DNA of 63,350 nucleotides, counting the filler, from Hyphochytrium catenoides (lineage: Eukaryota > Protista > Hyphochytriomycota), in assembly GCA_900088475.1 (NCBI GenBank). It is 8 parts of 8 records of this genome, joined end to end, with 100 filler letters (N's around TTAATTAATTAA, not from the genome) between each part and the next. Parts side by side here need not be neighbours in the genome. Positions count along the whole stretch, not along the records: positions 11,659 to 37,580 come from FLMG01003830.1; 7 more parts are not named here. One strand, written 5' to 3'. The position numbers and the translations under genes were made by a program. The notes beneath the pieces were generated by a model that was not told the DNA's origin, did not search any database, and saw only the letters and a list, made by a program, of their open reading frames with translations. Shown one piece after another: positions 12,379 through 23,561 of this stretch (position 1 is the stretch's first letter; each line of letters starts with the position of its first letter).

Positions 12379-14343
12379 GTGTGTCTCTCTCTTTCCGATT
12401 AGCATCCTTCGTCACCTTTCTTCCACTTTTCTCTCTTTTTCTCTCCCGTTTCGATCTTTCTTCCTCCAGATCTTAGAAGAGCGTCTCCCTATCTTTGACG
12501 ACTCTTCTCTCTCTGCTTTTTCTTCCCCACCTGTCTCTCTTTGAACCTGCCGTGTTCCCTTGACTGACCAAAGATGGCGCAGACTCTCCGTCGGCGGTCG
12601 AGCGTCAGGCGAGGAAGAAAGCGAAGCTCCTGGAATTGAAGGTGAAGGCAGACAGAGAACTCTCTTCTCGCTATCCTCTCTGTGTTCATGGTCGTCTTTC
12701 TTCTCGCTGTCTCTCTCGCTCTTTTGTCACTGATCATTTATTCCTGACTCCCTAGCTCTCTCCCACTCCTGCCTTTCTCTGTCTCTCTCGAGTTTAGACT
12801 AGTCATTGAGGGTCTGTTCGATGTTAGCAGCTGCTGCTGGTCTCTTTCCTTGGACGTCCCTTTTTCTCTATTCTCTCTCTCTCCCCGCTATCCTTCTCGT
12901 GTCTCCTCCCCCCTCTCTCAAGCTCTTTCTAGCTCGTGTCTGTACCTTTCTCTGTTATCTAGTCTCTCTCTCTCTTTCTGTCGTTGTCTCTCTTACCTTT
13001 TGGCTCCTCTTTTATTCCCCGTCCCAGTCCCTACCGGTCACTCTACTGATGTCTTCTGTAACCTTAGGCCAAGCGGAAGGAGAAGAAGGATCTGAAGGAG
13101 GAAGGACCTGTCTCCCAACCTTCACTTATACTGAAGAAGGCGGGACCGAAGGAGCAGGCCGAGCTCTTCTGGACCGCCTTCAGCAGCACCCTGGGCAAGG
13201 AGCTGACGCAGCTTGAGCTCTCACAGCCTCTCGACGGTACACACACTCTCTCTCTCCCACTCTGCTCCTGCAAAAGCAATCCATCTTCACTCTCAAAAGG
13301 ACTCCGCTGCACACGCTGTTCTTCCTTTATCCCTGGGTCTCTCTCTTTCTTTCTGTCTTGCTCCTTTTCTCTCTTCCCGTCTGCTCAAGGAGCATGCTTT
13401 GCTAAACTCTCTTCGGTCCTTTCTCTCTTCATCCCGTTGCAGAGAGCGCGTTCAGCTGCCCTGCGGTGGGAAAGCACACCACACAGAACCTCCCTCTGTT
13501 TATTAGACAAGCTTTCTACCCTTGGAAGCGGGAGTTCAAGGCAGCGCGGAAGCCACAAAAGGGCTCGGATGCTCCACCTCCGGGCTCTCCCGCTGTTATT
13601 ATCCTCTGCGCATCCGCCATCAGGGCAGTGGAAGTCGTCAAGTAAGGCACTTACCGCTCTGTCCTCATCGGTCCTCTCTCTTTGGTTCCCGTTAACAAAT
13701 GTCTCTGCCTGTGTTCTAGGAATTTCTTTTTACCCGTGTGCTCTCTCTGTTTTATTCCATCTCTCACGCACTCCTCTCACGTGGTTTGCTGCTGGCGCAG
13801 AGGCTCAAAGCCATGGGGCCTAGTTCCCAGCAGGACCGTCTCCTTTTCTCTGTCTGTTAGTGTCTTTATAAACATCTCTATGGCTCTTCTCCCGTTGTAC
13901 TTGCAGATGAAAGTCTCATTCACCTCAATTTGACACCATTATAGGGCCCTGTCAGAGTTCCGTGTGAAGGTTGCCAAGCTCTTTGCCAAGCATCTGAAGG
14001 TGGAGGTGAGATCCAAAACTGTTCACAGCCTTCTCTCTTTAGTTGCGCCTCTGTTCACCCTCTCCCGCCTACCTTCTCGTCCCGCTCGCAGGAACAAGAA
14101 AAGACTCTAAAGAGCACTATTTTGCCTCTTGCCGTGGGAACTCCTGCCCGTGTGAGGAAGCTGAGTGACATAGGCGCTCTACAGCTGACTCGGGTTGGAC
14201 TTGTCCTTATTGACATGGCGCCTAACCCTAAGAACTATACGGTGCTCGACTTGAAGGACACGGCGCCAGAGCTGATGAAGTGGCTGCATGAGCATATTCT
14301 GCCGGCAGTCAGAGAGGGCAAGACAAAGTTGGCGCTGTACTAG
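11933..14343 (+). CDS. CMSS1: CMS1/CMSS1-like 90S pre-ribosome factor (degenerate helicase-like fold), multi-exon
   Basis: Acidic N-terminus (DDDLADDWAVE...). Exon ~13508-13641 reads GSPPPGSPAVIILCASAIRAVEVV, followed by KVAKLFAKHLKVE|EQEKTLK...AVGTPARVRKLSDIGAL...LVLIDM...KNYTVLDLKD, characteristic of CMS1. TAG at 14341-14343. Confidence 0.85.
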
Positions 14344-14608
14344 GCTGTCGGGTGCCCCCAAAGGCCATTGTCAGAATTATACAACTATTTATATAGGACC
14401 AGGGAAGAGGGTCAGAAGGCTGCAGCGCAGCTTAGAGTAGTTGAGGAAGAGCACATTGAGGAGTAAAGAAGCGCAGACAAAGAGGACGGTAGTTAGCATA
14501 GAGAGACACTGCAAAAGAGAGAGAGAGGGAGAGAGCAGCAGAAACTCTGCTAGAACGTCGTTTTTCTGGAGAGACCCAACAAGAGACGGAATCAGGTCTT
14601 GCAGGCCC

Positions 14609-15772
14609 TTAGAACGTAAATTCTCCTTCATCACTGTCCACTACGCGCGCTGATGTACTCTTCTTGTTCCTTTCATTCTCTTTTTGATCCTCTACTGGCT
14701 AGAGCAGGAGACACCATTGTCAGGTTTGGTTCTCTGCGTGGGACAAGAACTATGCTGCTTTCCTTACCATATGTTGCCGGGCTGCAGCTCCCCTTCGCCG
14801 TCCTCCTTCGATGATCAGAGAGGTGTCAATACCTTCCAAGTCTTTCTGCTTTTCATGCTTCTCCTGTGCCCTCTTTATGTCAGCCTTGGACGGTACTCGA
14901 CCCTTCCAGGTGAAGCCCGCAGTCCTCAGCTTCTCAGCAAGGAAGTCTGCTTTCTCCTCGTCGTCCGTTATGGCTTTCATCTCCTGATAGACTCGTGGCC
15001 TGCGAAGCAAAAGTGCACCAATTGGATATTTGTGCAAGAGACGGATAAGCCAGTGGCTAGACCCTTACCCGACCCCTACGGCCCGTGCCAGCTGCCGGAG
15101 ACGGGAAAGGAATTGATTCTCTTCTTCCTTCTCAGTTGATTTTCTCTGTCTCTATAACAAGGGCAGTTCAGTGGCGCTAAAGGTATGCCAACGACCGACG
15201 TAGCGAAGTCAACAGCAATTTTGCACTACCTTTTTGTTTCCGGACTGTTCCGTTCTTCTATTCTTTGCGCGCTTCTTAGCGGTTTTTTGGGGGCTAGAAG
15301 GTTCCTCATCCTCGGAAGCGTCTTCCTCGCTCTCACTTTCTCCCACCACCTTGGGCTTTGAGGGCCTTTTTCGACGATTAGATGCCTCTGTTCTTAGTTC
15401 TTCGCCGGGTGGAGGTCCATCAGTAAGTTCATCCGTGTCTTCTTCCCCGTCATCCTCGACTCCATTGAAGTGAAGCACCTCGTCGCGGACCCACTCCTTG
15501 ATATCCGGCTTTATCTCGTTTAATTCGTCCGCCGAGACCTTCAGCTTTACCTGCAGCAAGACCGTCAAAGTCGTCAGCAAGGGCCTGACGCTTATATCAA
15601 TCGTTCAGGATAGAGTGGGTATTTGAACCTGTAGCTGTTCTAATATGTTCTTGATGGTTATACTGTTGAGGTCAAGCTTAGGGTTCCGAAAGATCTCTTG
15701 AATTTCGGCCTTAACTTTATCGCCTAAGCCCTGCTCGTCTGAAGAGGAAGACAAAACGTCATCCTCATCCAT
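14609..15772 (-). CDS. HIRIP3-like histone chaperone (N-terminal DEK-C domain, C-terminal CHZ-like motif)
   Basis: DEK-C-like region IQEIFRNPKLDLNSITIKNILEQLQ|VKLKVSADELNEIKPDIKEWV, then an acidic/basic linker, LSRLRQLARAVGVG and KQKDLEGIDTSLIIEGGRRR (CHZ-like). Last exon ends EGEFTF-TAA at 14609. Confidence 0.75.
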
Positions 15773-16122
15773 TTTTCGATCAAGAGAAAAGGATAAGGAA
15801 CGGGACGGCGCTCGCTTCAAGACGTGTCCGGTAGCCAGATACGCATTGGGTGTCAAAGAAGAGCGGCGATCACTCAATAAAACTATCAAATCCCGGGAGG
15901 CTGGTTAGCAAATGACAGGATATACTTAATTGTCAAAGCTTCCAAGCTCGCTGCAGAGCCTGCGAAAACGGAAGTGACCCCACGCAGATCTCTGTAGCAC
16001 TGCAAACAGCGATACATCAAAGCTCTGTCAGACTGAAGAAGATGAAGATTTGAGAACACTTTTTGAGCCTTTGAAAGCGCTTTGGAGGTGTTTTTCTTCT
16101 CTCTATTACGCGGCAAATAAGG

Positions 16123-16201
16123 CCGTTACCGGCATTCCCTATATTACCTTAAATATAACGGCAACGGGCTTTATCAACGGCTCTAACCGCTAGTCCAACG
16201 G
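16123..16201. promoter_or_regulatory. Cluster of AACGG (MYB/MSA-like) motifs in a divergent promoter
   Basis: CCGTT at 16123 and AACGG at 16157, 16163, 16176 and 16197, between the divergent starts at 15772(-) and 16460(+). Confidence 0.45.
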
Positions 16202-16459
16202 CTTTATTTAGCCGGTAAGAGACCATCCATTAAGCGAATGGCTCTGCAAGGTTTGTCCAGTAATACAGATCTAGTAGAGGGACACCATACATTTATATAG
16301 ATTTCCTGAGTAATAATAGGCGCGGCAAGTGCTCAACCTGGAGCCCGCGCCAGCAGATTTTGACAGCGCAAAATAGAGCTCCGTCTGGCGCCGTCATTGC
16401 CTTCTGCCCGCAGCAGCATACCGCAACATCCCAATAGGGCGGAGATAATCAGCAGCACA

Positions 16460-17306
16460 ATGGTCAAGTACTCTCAGGAGCCCGATAATGCGCTGAAGGC
16501 AGCGAAGGCGCGCGGCAGCCACCTTCGCGTGCACTTCAAGCACTGCCGTGAGGTATGCCACGCTATCCACGGCATGAAGCTTGAGAAGGCCAAGAAGTTC
16601 CTTGAGGACGTTCTCCTCAAGCAGCAGGCTGTGCCCTTCACCAAGTTCACTGGCGGTATTGGCCGCAAGGCTCAGGGCAAGCTCAGAAACGCTCCAGGTA
16701 CATATACAGCTCCGACGCTTTTCGCTAGGTTCGGGTAGTTGTGTCGGAAACCTGGTATTAGAGCTCAGAAGACGGTGTATTTACCATAGAACGTGGCTCT
16801 CAGATGGGTTATAGCGGTAGATGAGCGGAGCACAGGGCATGTGGCGGAGCGTTCAGCACGATAAAGAGCCAATGCGTGTCCCGTTGCTCTAGACGGCTGT
16901 AGTACTTCTATCCTATACTCTTGTGCAACGTCTAGCCTCCAGGAACTCCTAAGTCTGAGTCCTTCCTTCTTTTGTGTCCATAGGTGACAAGGTCCGTTGG
17001 CCACAGAAGGCAAGCAAGATCATCCTGGACCTTCTCAAGAACGCTGAGGCCAACGCAGAGGTTAAGGATCTTGATACCTCCAACCTCTACGTTTCTCATG
17101 CTCAGGCCAACCAGGCCATCAAGCAGAGAAGACGCACTTACCGCGCTCACGGTCGTATCGGCCCATACATGTCAAACCCTGCTCACATTGAACTTATCCT
17201 GACTGAGCGCGAACCCCCTGTGGCTAAGGGTGATGACAAGAAGGTTGTGAAGGTATCCCGCAAGCGCCAGGCTCAGCTGCGGCTGAAGTCTGGTGGCGGC
17301 ATCTAA
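16460..17306 (+). CDS. RPL17: 60S ribosomal protein L17 (uL22), 2 exons
   Basis: [10 protein letters not shown]...[16 protein letters not shown] and [24 protein letters not shown]...[24 protein letters not shown]. Intron 16698-16983 (GT-AG, phase 1). Confidence 0.98.
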
Positions 17307-18015
17307 GACTAAGGTTCCGTCACAGTGTAGAAAGGGAAGAGCGGTTGAGGACTGTTGCTAATAAATGAGCCAGCGCTGCTGTTGTTTAGTACTCTCAGAC
17401 ACGGGAATGTAGCGTAGAAGGCGCGTGAGGTCATACTACAGTTGTCCGGGCGACTCTTGGTTGACAGAGAACCTTTAGCGCAGGTTCTTGGTGAGCTTAG
17501 TCATCCTCCGTGAGAGCCGGTCCCTCGTAAGCTTCTTCCATTCTGGCGGAGTGGGTTCGTACTTTATTAGCGCCGAACGCTCTGCTGGCCAACATGAGGG
17601 ATACGTAGAGGATGGTTAGGATAAGGGACCTTTGTGTGGAGTTGAGGCTATGATCAGTGGCGGTTGGTTCCGCAAGATTGCATGGCAAGGACGGTCAACG
17701 TTGGAGAGGGGAATTGAGGATGACCAACAAAGCAGGCGAACCCAAAGACAAGGAGGGACCCAGTTAAAGGCTATAGAATATGGCAAGGAAGAGATGCAAC
17801 CGTGATAGTATTCGTTAAGCAGGAGGAGACAGGGTTGTTATGAGAGAGATAGAGGAAGGTCATCAAGAATGCAGGTATAGAAGTATTACCGCGAGGGAGA
17901 AGCAGTACAACGAGAAAGCAGCAATAGGACCCGCACAGTGAAGCACAAAGTGTCATTGTTAATCTTGTTATTAGCCATACAAAAAGCCCAAAGGCCTAGC
18001 CACATCGAAACCCCC

Positions 18016-19359
18016 TCAAGATGTGTACTTCTTAACTGCGCGAAGCAGGCCTGTCTCTGTAGAGTACGTCCCGTCCAGCTCAAAGTCTCCAAACTTGTTC
18101 TTGCCCAAGCCTTTCAGCCTGAAGAGAGTGGACGAGGACGGATCCTGGGTAAATGTTAGGTTTAGCCCCTTCTCGTCGATCTTCTTAGCCGGTCCACTAT
18201 GTGGCTTGAAGTTGAAGAAGCCGTCATAGATGCCATTAACGGGCCCACGGAGAGAGATGGCGCCAACATTAGCGCGGGAGCGGAACTGGAACTTGCTGCT
18301 TTTCGTAGGATGTTCCAGAGAGGCCTCGTCAAAGGCCCATGTACCCTCCCAGAAAGCGTACCCGATCTCCACTCTGTATTTGCCAACGAGAATGGGGAAA
18401 GGGTCGCCGCTGGAGCTGGTTGATGGTACGGTTCCTGAAGCTTGCTTCTTTCTTTGAGGCGATGTCCCGCCCTCTTTCTGCAGCTGCTCCTTGGCATCAA
18501 TAGATGCTTTGCGCTTGCGAGACGGGGAAGAAGGTTCAGCTGCTTTCGAAGAAGTGGCCGCGCCCGGTGCTGTCTTCTTCGCCTCCTCTACCGCCATTGC
18601 AGACTTCTTTGTAGGAGAAGCAGGTTTGGCAGCAGCCTGAGGGGCGGTCTTGGCGGCAGGCGGAGCGGCGACATGGCGGGGAGACGACGGCTTCTTCTCA
18701 GATTTCTTATCGACAGCCGGAGCCTCGGCTTTCTTTACTGGAGACGCAGGCCTTTTAGGTGAGGATGGCTTTTGGCTGGTAAGTGCTGCAGGAGCTGTTG
18801 CAATTGCAGCTTTTGTTGGAGAGCTGGGCTTGGTCGTAGGAGCCTCAGTTTGCCGTGGAGAAACTGGCTTGTGAGCTGAGGCAGGAGCCGTTGATGTGGT
18901 TGATGGACCCTCGGTCACAGTAGAGGGCGCTGGAGCGGAAACTTTGGCCACAGATTTTGGCGAAGAAGGAGTAGGAACGCCAGCCGACTTTGCAGTATCC
19001 CCAGACTTTGAAAGTGCCTTGGGCGAGGATGGAATGGCCTTTGTGGCCTGTTTCGGGGAAGATGGAGCAGCCAGAGGTACCTTGGTGCTGTCTGTTTGGG
19101 CTTTGGCTGTGGGAGAAGGCGGTTTCACACCTGGAGGGGCAGCTTTGGCCTTTGGTGAAGCTGGCTTGACCGAAGCAGCCGGCGCTTTTGGTGAAGAAGG
19201 TTTTCCGCTGCTGCTGTTGGAAGCGCCTAAGTCAGACTTTGCGTCACTCTTACCCCCAGATTCTGCGTGGATCTTCTTGGTTGGCGAGCCTGGCTTATTG
19301 CCTTTCGCGGGAGATGCAGGCTTGTTGCCGCCGTTGGCTGCCGTTGTGGTAGGCTCCAT
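18016..19359 (-). CDS. Intronless protein: Ser-Pro/Lys/Ala-rich disordered N-terminus plus ~120-aa beta-rich C-terminal domain
   Basis: 447-aa ATG-initiated ORF with about 16 SP motifs, most followed by basic residues, and NLS-like RKRK. Globular C-terminus WEGTWAF...GPVNGIYDGFF...LNLTF...KGLGKNKFGDFELDGTY. Confidence 0.85.
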   Translation of the reverse strand: MEPTTTAANGGNKPASPAKGNKPGSPTKKIHAESGGKSDAKSDLGASNSSSGKPSSPKAPAASVKPASPKAKAAPPGVKPPSPTAKAQTDSTKVPLAAPSSPKQATKAIPSSPKALSKSGDTAKSAGVPTPSSPKSVAKVSAPAPSTVTEGPSTTSTAPASAHKPVSPRQTEAPTTKPSSPTKAAIATAPAALTSQKPSSPKRPASPVKKAEAPAVDKKSEKKPSSPRHVAAPPAAKTAPQAAAKPASPTKKSAMAVEEAKKTAPGAATSSKAAEPSSPSRKRKASIDAKEQLQKEGGTSPQRKKQASGTVPSTSSSGDPFPILVGKYRVEIGYAFWEGTWAFDEASLEHPTKSSKFQFRSRANVGAISLRGPVNGIYDGFFNFKPHSGPAKKIDEKGLNLTFTQDPSSSTLFRLKGLGKNKFGDFELDGTYSTETGLLRAVKKYTS

Positions 19360-21105
19360 TTGTGAGCAAATTAGCTTTTTGGCGCACCTCCTTTGTTCAA
19401 CCTAGTTTCCCCTACAAATAGATAAACAGCGGTGTCCCTCAGATAGCGATCGAGCCCTTTGAAGCTCTCAAAACGGCGATATTAGCCTCTGGAAGAACTA
19501 AAGAGTCCTAAGGCTTCTCAGAGGGCCTTTAAGGCAACACTAAGGCACTCGGTTAGATGTAAAGGGCTTAGCTCCCCACCGTAGAGAGGCGGCCTTCCCT
19601 TGGATTGGCTGTCAACGAGCTTGTGGACTCTTAATGATGCTCCTGGAGCTGCGTCTGCAAGTCAAGTGAAGCTTCGTCCAGACGAAAGTGCAATCATCTG
19701 CAGTTTTTTCAAAAGCTGTTTTGACCTCGAAAGTGAGAGATTTCGACAGCCTTCCTATTCCTGATTCACTAACAGATCGAAATGTGCGCACAAACGAGGG
19801 CCCCACCGTCAGGCGTTCAATCGCCAGAAATGGCTTTGCTCTACAGAACGCCTCAAAACGCACTCGATTGATTTAAACTATCCCATATCTGTCATTCGAA
19901 TAACGTTATTCAAAATAGGACGGAGTGGTGAAGTCATCTTGGCGCGTTAGAGCTGGTAACGACGATCTGGATCTTCCAAAAGTCTTCAGCTGCAGATCCT
20001 GCAGATCTTTTCCTGTCGATCTGGAACGGAGAATGGAGGCCAGAGATTGTCAATAGCGATTGCCGGAAGTGTACTTTAGATGCGGTCGGCGACGGCCGTC
20101 CTCCTGTCGTTTACGCACATCTCTCTTCTGCATAGCACTTCTAAGCCTTTCGTATCGGTCCTAAGGTGGTGGTGAGAGTCTTAGCTGATGCGCTGAGTCA
20201 TGTTGTTGTGGCAGGAGGAGGAGGGAGAGATTGAGGCGAAGATCGCCGGCCTATTCGACATTGTCATGGCTGCGGCGCTGCTTGCATCTCTGCTTCTACG
20301 GTTATCGTCCTCACAGCAGTACCTGATAGTCCACCCACTAAGCGCGCTGATGTGGTGACATATGGTTCAAGCAAAGTATGGGACGGAAGGAGGCGGGCAA
20401 TACCTTGGCTTTGGGACAGAACGTCTTTTTATCAAATCTTTATAATAACGACAAATAATAGCAGTAGGTAGGGAGTGGTAGGATTGGACCACTGCAGTGG
20501 TTACTGTGCAGTAGCCAAACAAGGAGGATAAGATAGACGGCCCAAACATCGCTGCAATAATAATAAGACTTCTCGAGCAGAGCAATGCAGGTCACTAGGC
20601 TCCTCCTTGCTTACTCCCTACATCTTTTCCCTCCTCTACGCTGCTTGGACATCGACGGGGACGTGTTAATCGAGTGCAGAATGGCAGTGTAAGTAGAACA
20701 TTCTAGCACTTTCTTCGTACAACGACAACTGGTGGTAGCACCATGATGGCAAGCCTCTTACCGTCGTTGCGGAAGGGCCTATTCATCTGATGCTTGTTCT
20801 TTGGTTGGATGGTGTTCCTCGTCTCCTCATCTTCTTTCCAAAAAGCACGAACCAACAAGATAGAAAGGAGGCGCAGTGAGAGCAACCTCCTTCCGTCGCC
20901 TGATCTCTTCTCCTTCTTCCAACAATGGTACATCATTTTAAAGAGGTTGACAGCAGCTCCTCATCCATCGAGGCTTCGTCTTCCGCTATTTCACTCTTCT
21001 TCACTGTTGCTGCCACGAGCTCCTCAGCCTATTCAGCCCATCCATCTGCAGCTGAGTCCTAAGACTACTGACTGAGGAAGGCGACGAGGAGCCTGCAGCG
21101 TAGCT

Positions 21106-22797
21106 TCAAAAGGCACTTTGTACGGCAGTACCGTCCATAGAAGCGTACGAGTTCTTGTTCAGAGATTCTCTGTTGTTTGAGCTCAACATCTCTGCGCTCT
21201 GCTGCTGTGGTGCGGCATAGCTGTTCCAAGTGTTGGCCGTGCCATAGAACTGTTGTCCAGCCGCCGTTGCTCCTGCTGATGTTTGTGGATCCAAAAAGGA
21301 TGTAAGTCCGTCCATCCGTCTGTACCCACCCAACAAGTTCCTGTTGAACTGAAGGCCATTGGCAGCTTCTGTGTTTCCCGCTGGTCCAGTGACTCCTAAC
21401 CCTCTGAAGTGCTGAGATTGGAGCAACGATGGCTGTTGCTGCTGTTGAGGGCTCGTCTGAGCCGCGCCGACTGCATTAAAGCCTCTCATCTCCGCTGAGT
21501 TTTGGCTGTTCCATAGCTCCAAAGGGTAACCCTGTGGGGTCGGCGGCGGAGCGAAACGAAAGAGAACATCCACGTCCACGAATGGTGCCTTTCCAGCAGG
21601 ATGTCCTGCTGCCAGTCCAGCGGACATTTGGTGGAGCATGCTCATGGCACTGGCAGCGGTCACAGTGGAGCCCAACCCAGTGCTGGAACCGTCTGCAGCC
21701 GCCTGTAGTCCTGCCAGACTCATCTGTTGGCCCATTGTGAAGTGTCCCATCTGTGTGAAGTCCTTCTGGTGCGTGAGGACATGAGAGTTCCTGTTGGAAG
21801 CCTGAGCAAAGCGTCGGTTGCAGCCTGGGATAGTGCACATGAATGGTTTGATTCCTGTGTGGGTGCGCTGATGCGTCTTCAAGTTTGCTTTGTAGCCAAA
21901 GCGCTTGCCGCAGCCTTCGTGCTCGCACACGTACGGCTTTTCTCCTGAGTGTACAATGAGGTGGCGCTTCAGCTTTGCGCGCTCGTAGAATTTCTTGTTG
22001 CAGCCCTGTGTGGAGAGATAAAGAGGCGCAAGATGAAGAGAGCAGCAAATGAGTTGACGCTATCCTCACACTGTTAACTGCTGGGTGTCATGCCATGCTA
22101 TTACTGACCTCAAACTCGCAGATGAACTGCTTTTCTCTATGAGTAAGAAGATGCTTGCGCAGCGTCTTCTTGTCTGTTCAGATACAGACAGAGGATTGGA
22201 GAGAGAGAAGAACTCTTAGTCCGACTGCTCCGTCAAGGAGAATTAATATGATACGTGGTCCTTACCCTTCGCAATCTTAGAACATCCAGGGAAGCCGCAG
22301 CGATGGCCGTTGCCGGTGANNNNNNNNNNNNNNNNNNNNNNNNNNNNNNNNNNNNNNNNNNNNNNNNNNNNNNNNNNNNCTCCACCCACGCTGGACGCTG
22401 TTGGCGAGGGAGCAGGGGAAGACGCCGGGTTGTGGTGGATCTGATGGAAGGAGGACGACACGGGAAGGTCCGCCCGTCTGCCTTCCACGTCGTACATGTC
22501 TGAGGACGAGCTCTCTTGAGAGGAAGAGTCCTCGTCTCTGTTATTGTCCCTGCTGGGATCCTCTTCTGGTCTGAAGCTGTGCAGAAGCTTGCGGTCTCCG
22601 CCGTACTTGTCCTCCCCTAACTGGCGCGAGAAGAGAGAGAGGCTCGACGAGTGCTCAGCCGTGTTGTTTCCGTTGAGATTCTCATCCTTCAACGTACTAC
22701 CGTGCTGTGGCCAGGAGTACTTGGGCTCGTCCATGGTGGGGACCATTCTGGCAGGAGAAGAGAAAGATGAATCCAGCAACTCCGAGGCCAGGACCAT
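21106..22797 (-). CDS. YY1-like four-finger C2H2 zinc-finger transcription factor
   Basis: Spliced fingers: CGFPGCSKIAKDKKTLRKHLLTH, CEFEGCNKKFYERAKLKRHLIVHSGEKP, CEHEGCGKRFGYKANLKTHQRTHTGIKP and CTIPGCNRRFAQASNRNSHVLTH. The pattern parallels YY1 (xxKLKRH; FAQxxN). Q-rich C-terminus. Start codon tentative; internal N gap at 22320-22379. Confidence 0.85.
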
Positions 22798-23528
22798 AAG
22801 CCGTCCAAGAGACAGACAATGAAGGACAGCGTGCAAGGAAGTGGTTGCTGAAAGGGAGGAAGAGAGATTGGAAGCTTCAAATACTATGAGAGCTGTGCAA
22901 ATGACAGCACAGTCATTCAACAGTCTTTTGCTCTTGTGGGAACGGGAGCTCTGGACGGGACGGGAGAGAGACTGTGAGAGAGACAGGAGAAAGAGGGAGA
23001 GAGGGGAGTAAGGAGGGAGGGCCAAGGTGTCAGCCGGTTTGAAAGCGCGGGGCGGGCCGATCAACTTTGGGCAGCAGCAAAAAGTATGAAATGAACAGGG
23101 AGGTAAGGCAGATCCATCGCCCCCTGCCCGCCGCTGGTGGTTAGCTTCAACCCTTCAAGGAGAGTGTGGCGCGCAGGGAGAGAGGAGAGGGAGACGGGAG
23201 AGAGAAGAGAGAGAGAGAGAGCGGGGAGCTAATGTTGGGGGGAAGGTGGTGAAAGGGGCTAAAGGGAGGTGGGAGAGGGCACCTGGAGCGAGAGAGGACA
23301 AGAGAGAGGAGACAAGCAGGGGAAGATCTTAGCATTCATTCTCTCTGAGGTGTGGTTCCGTTCACTGCCATCATTCTAGGGAGGTGAGGAAAGGAAGGGC
23401 AGACAGTGAGATCCTTCCCAAACAGAGGAAAGACAGGAGGAGAGCATCACTCTCTCTCTCTTTGTCTCTTCCTGCCGTTCTTCTTCCTCCTCCCTAGTTA
23501 GCTAGCGTATCTATTGGCACATTTCTAG

Positions 23529-23561
<33 letters not shown>

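Noticed and set aside
18896-19405. 169-aa plus-strand ORF
   Set aside because: Antisense shadow of the repetitive 447-aa ORF.
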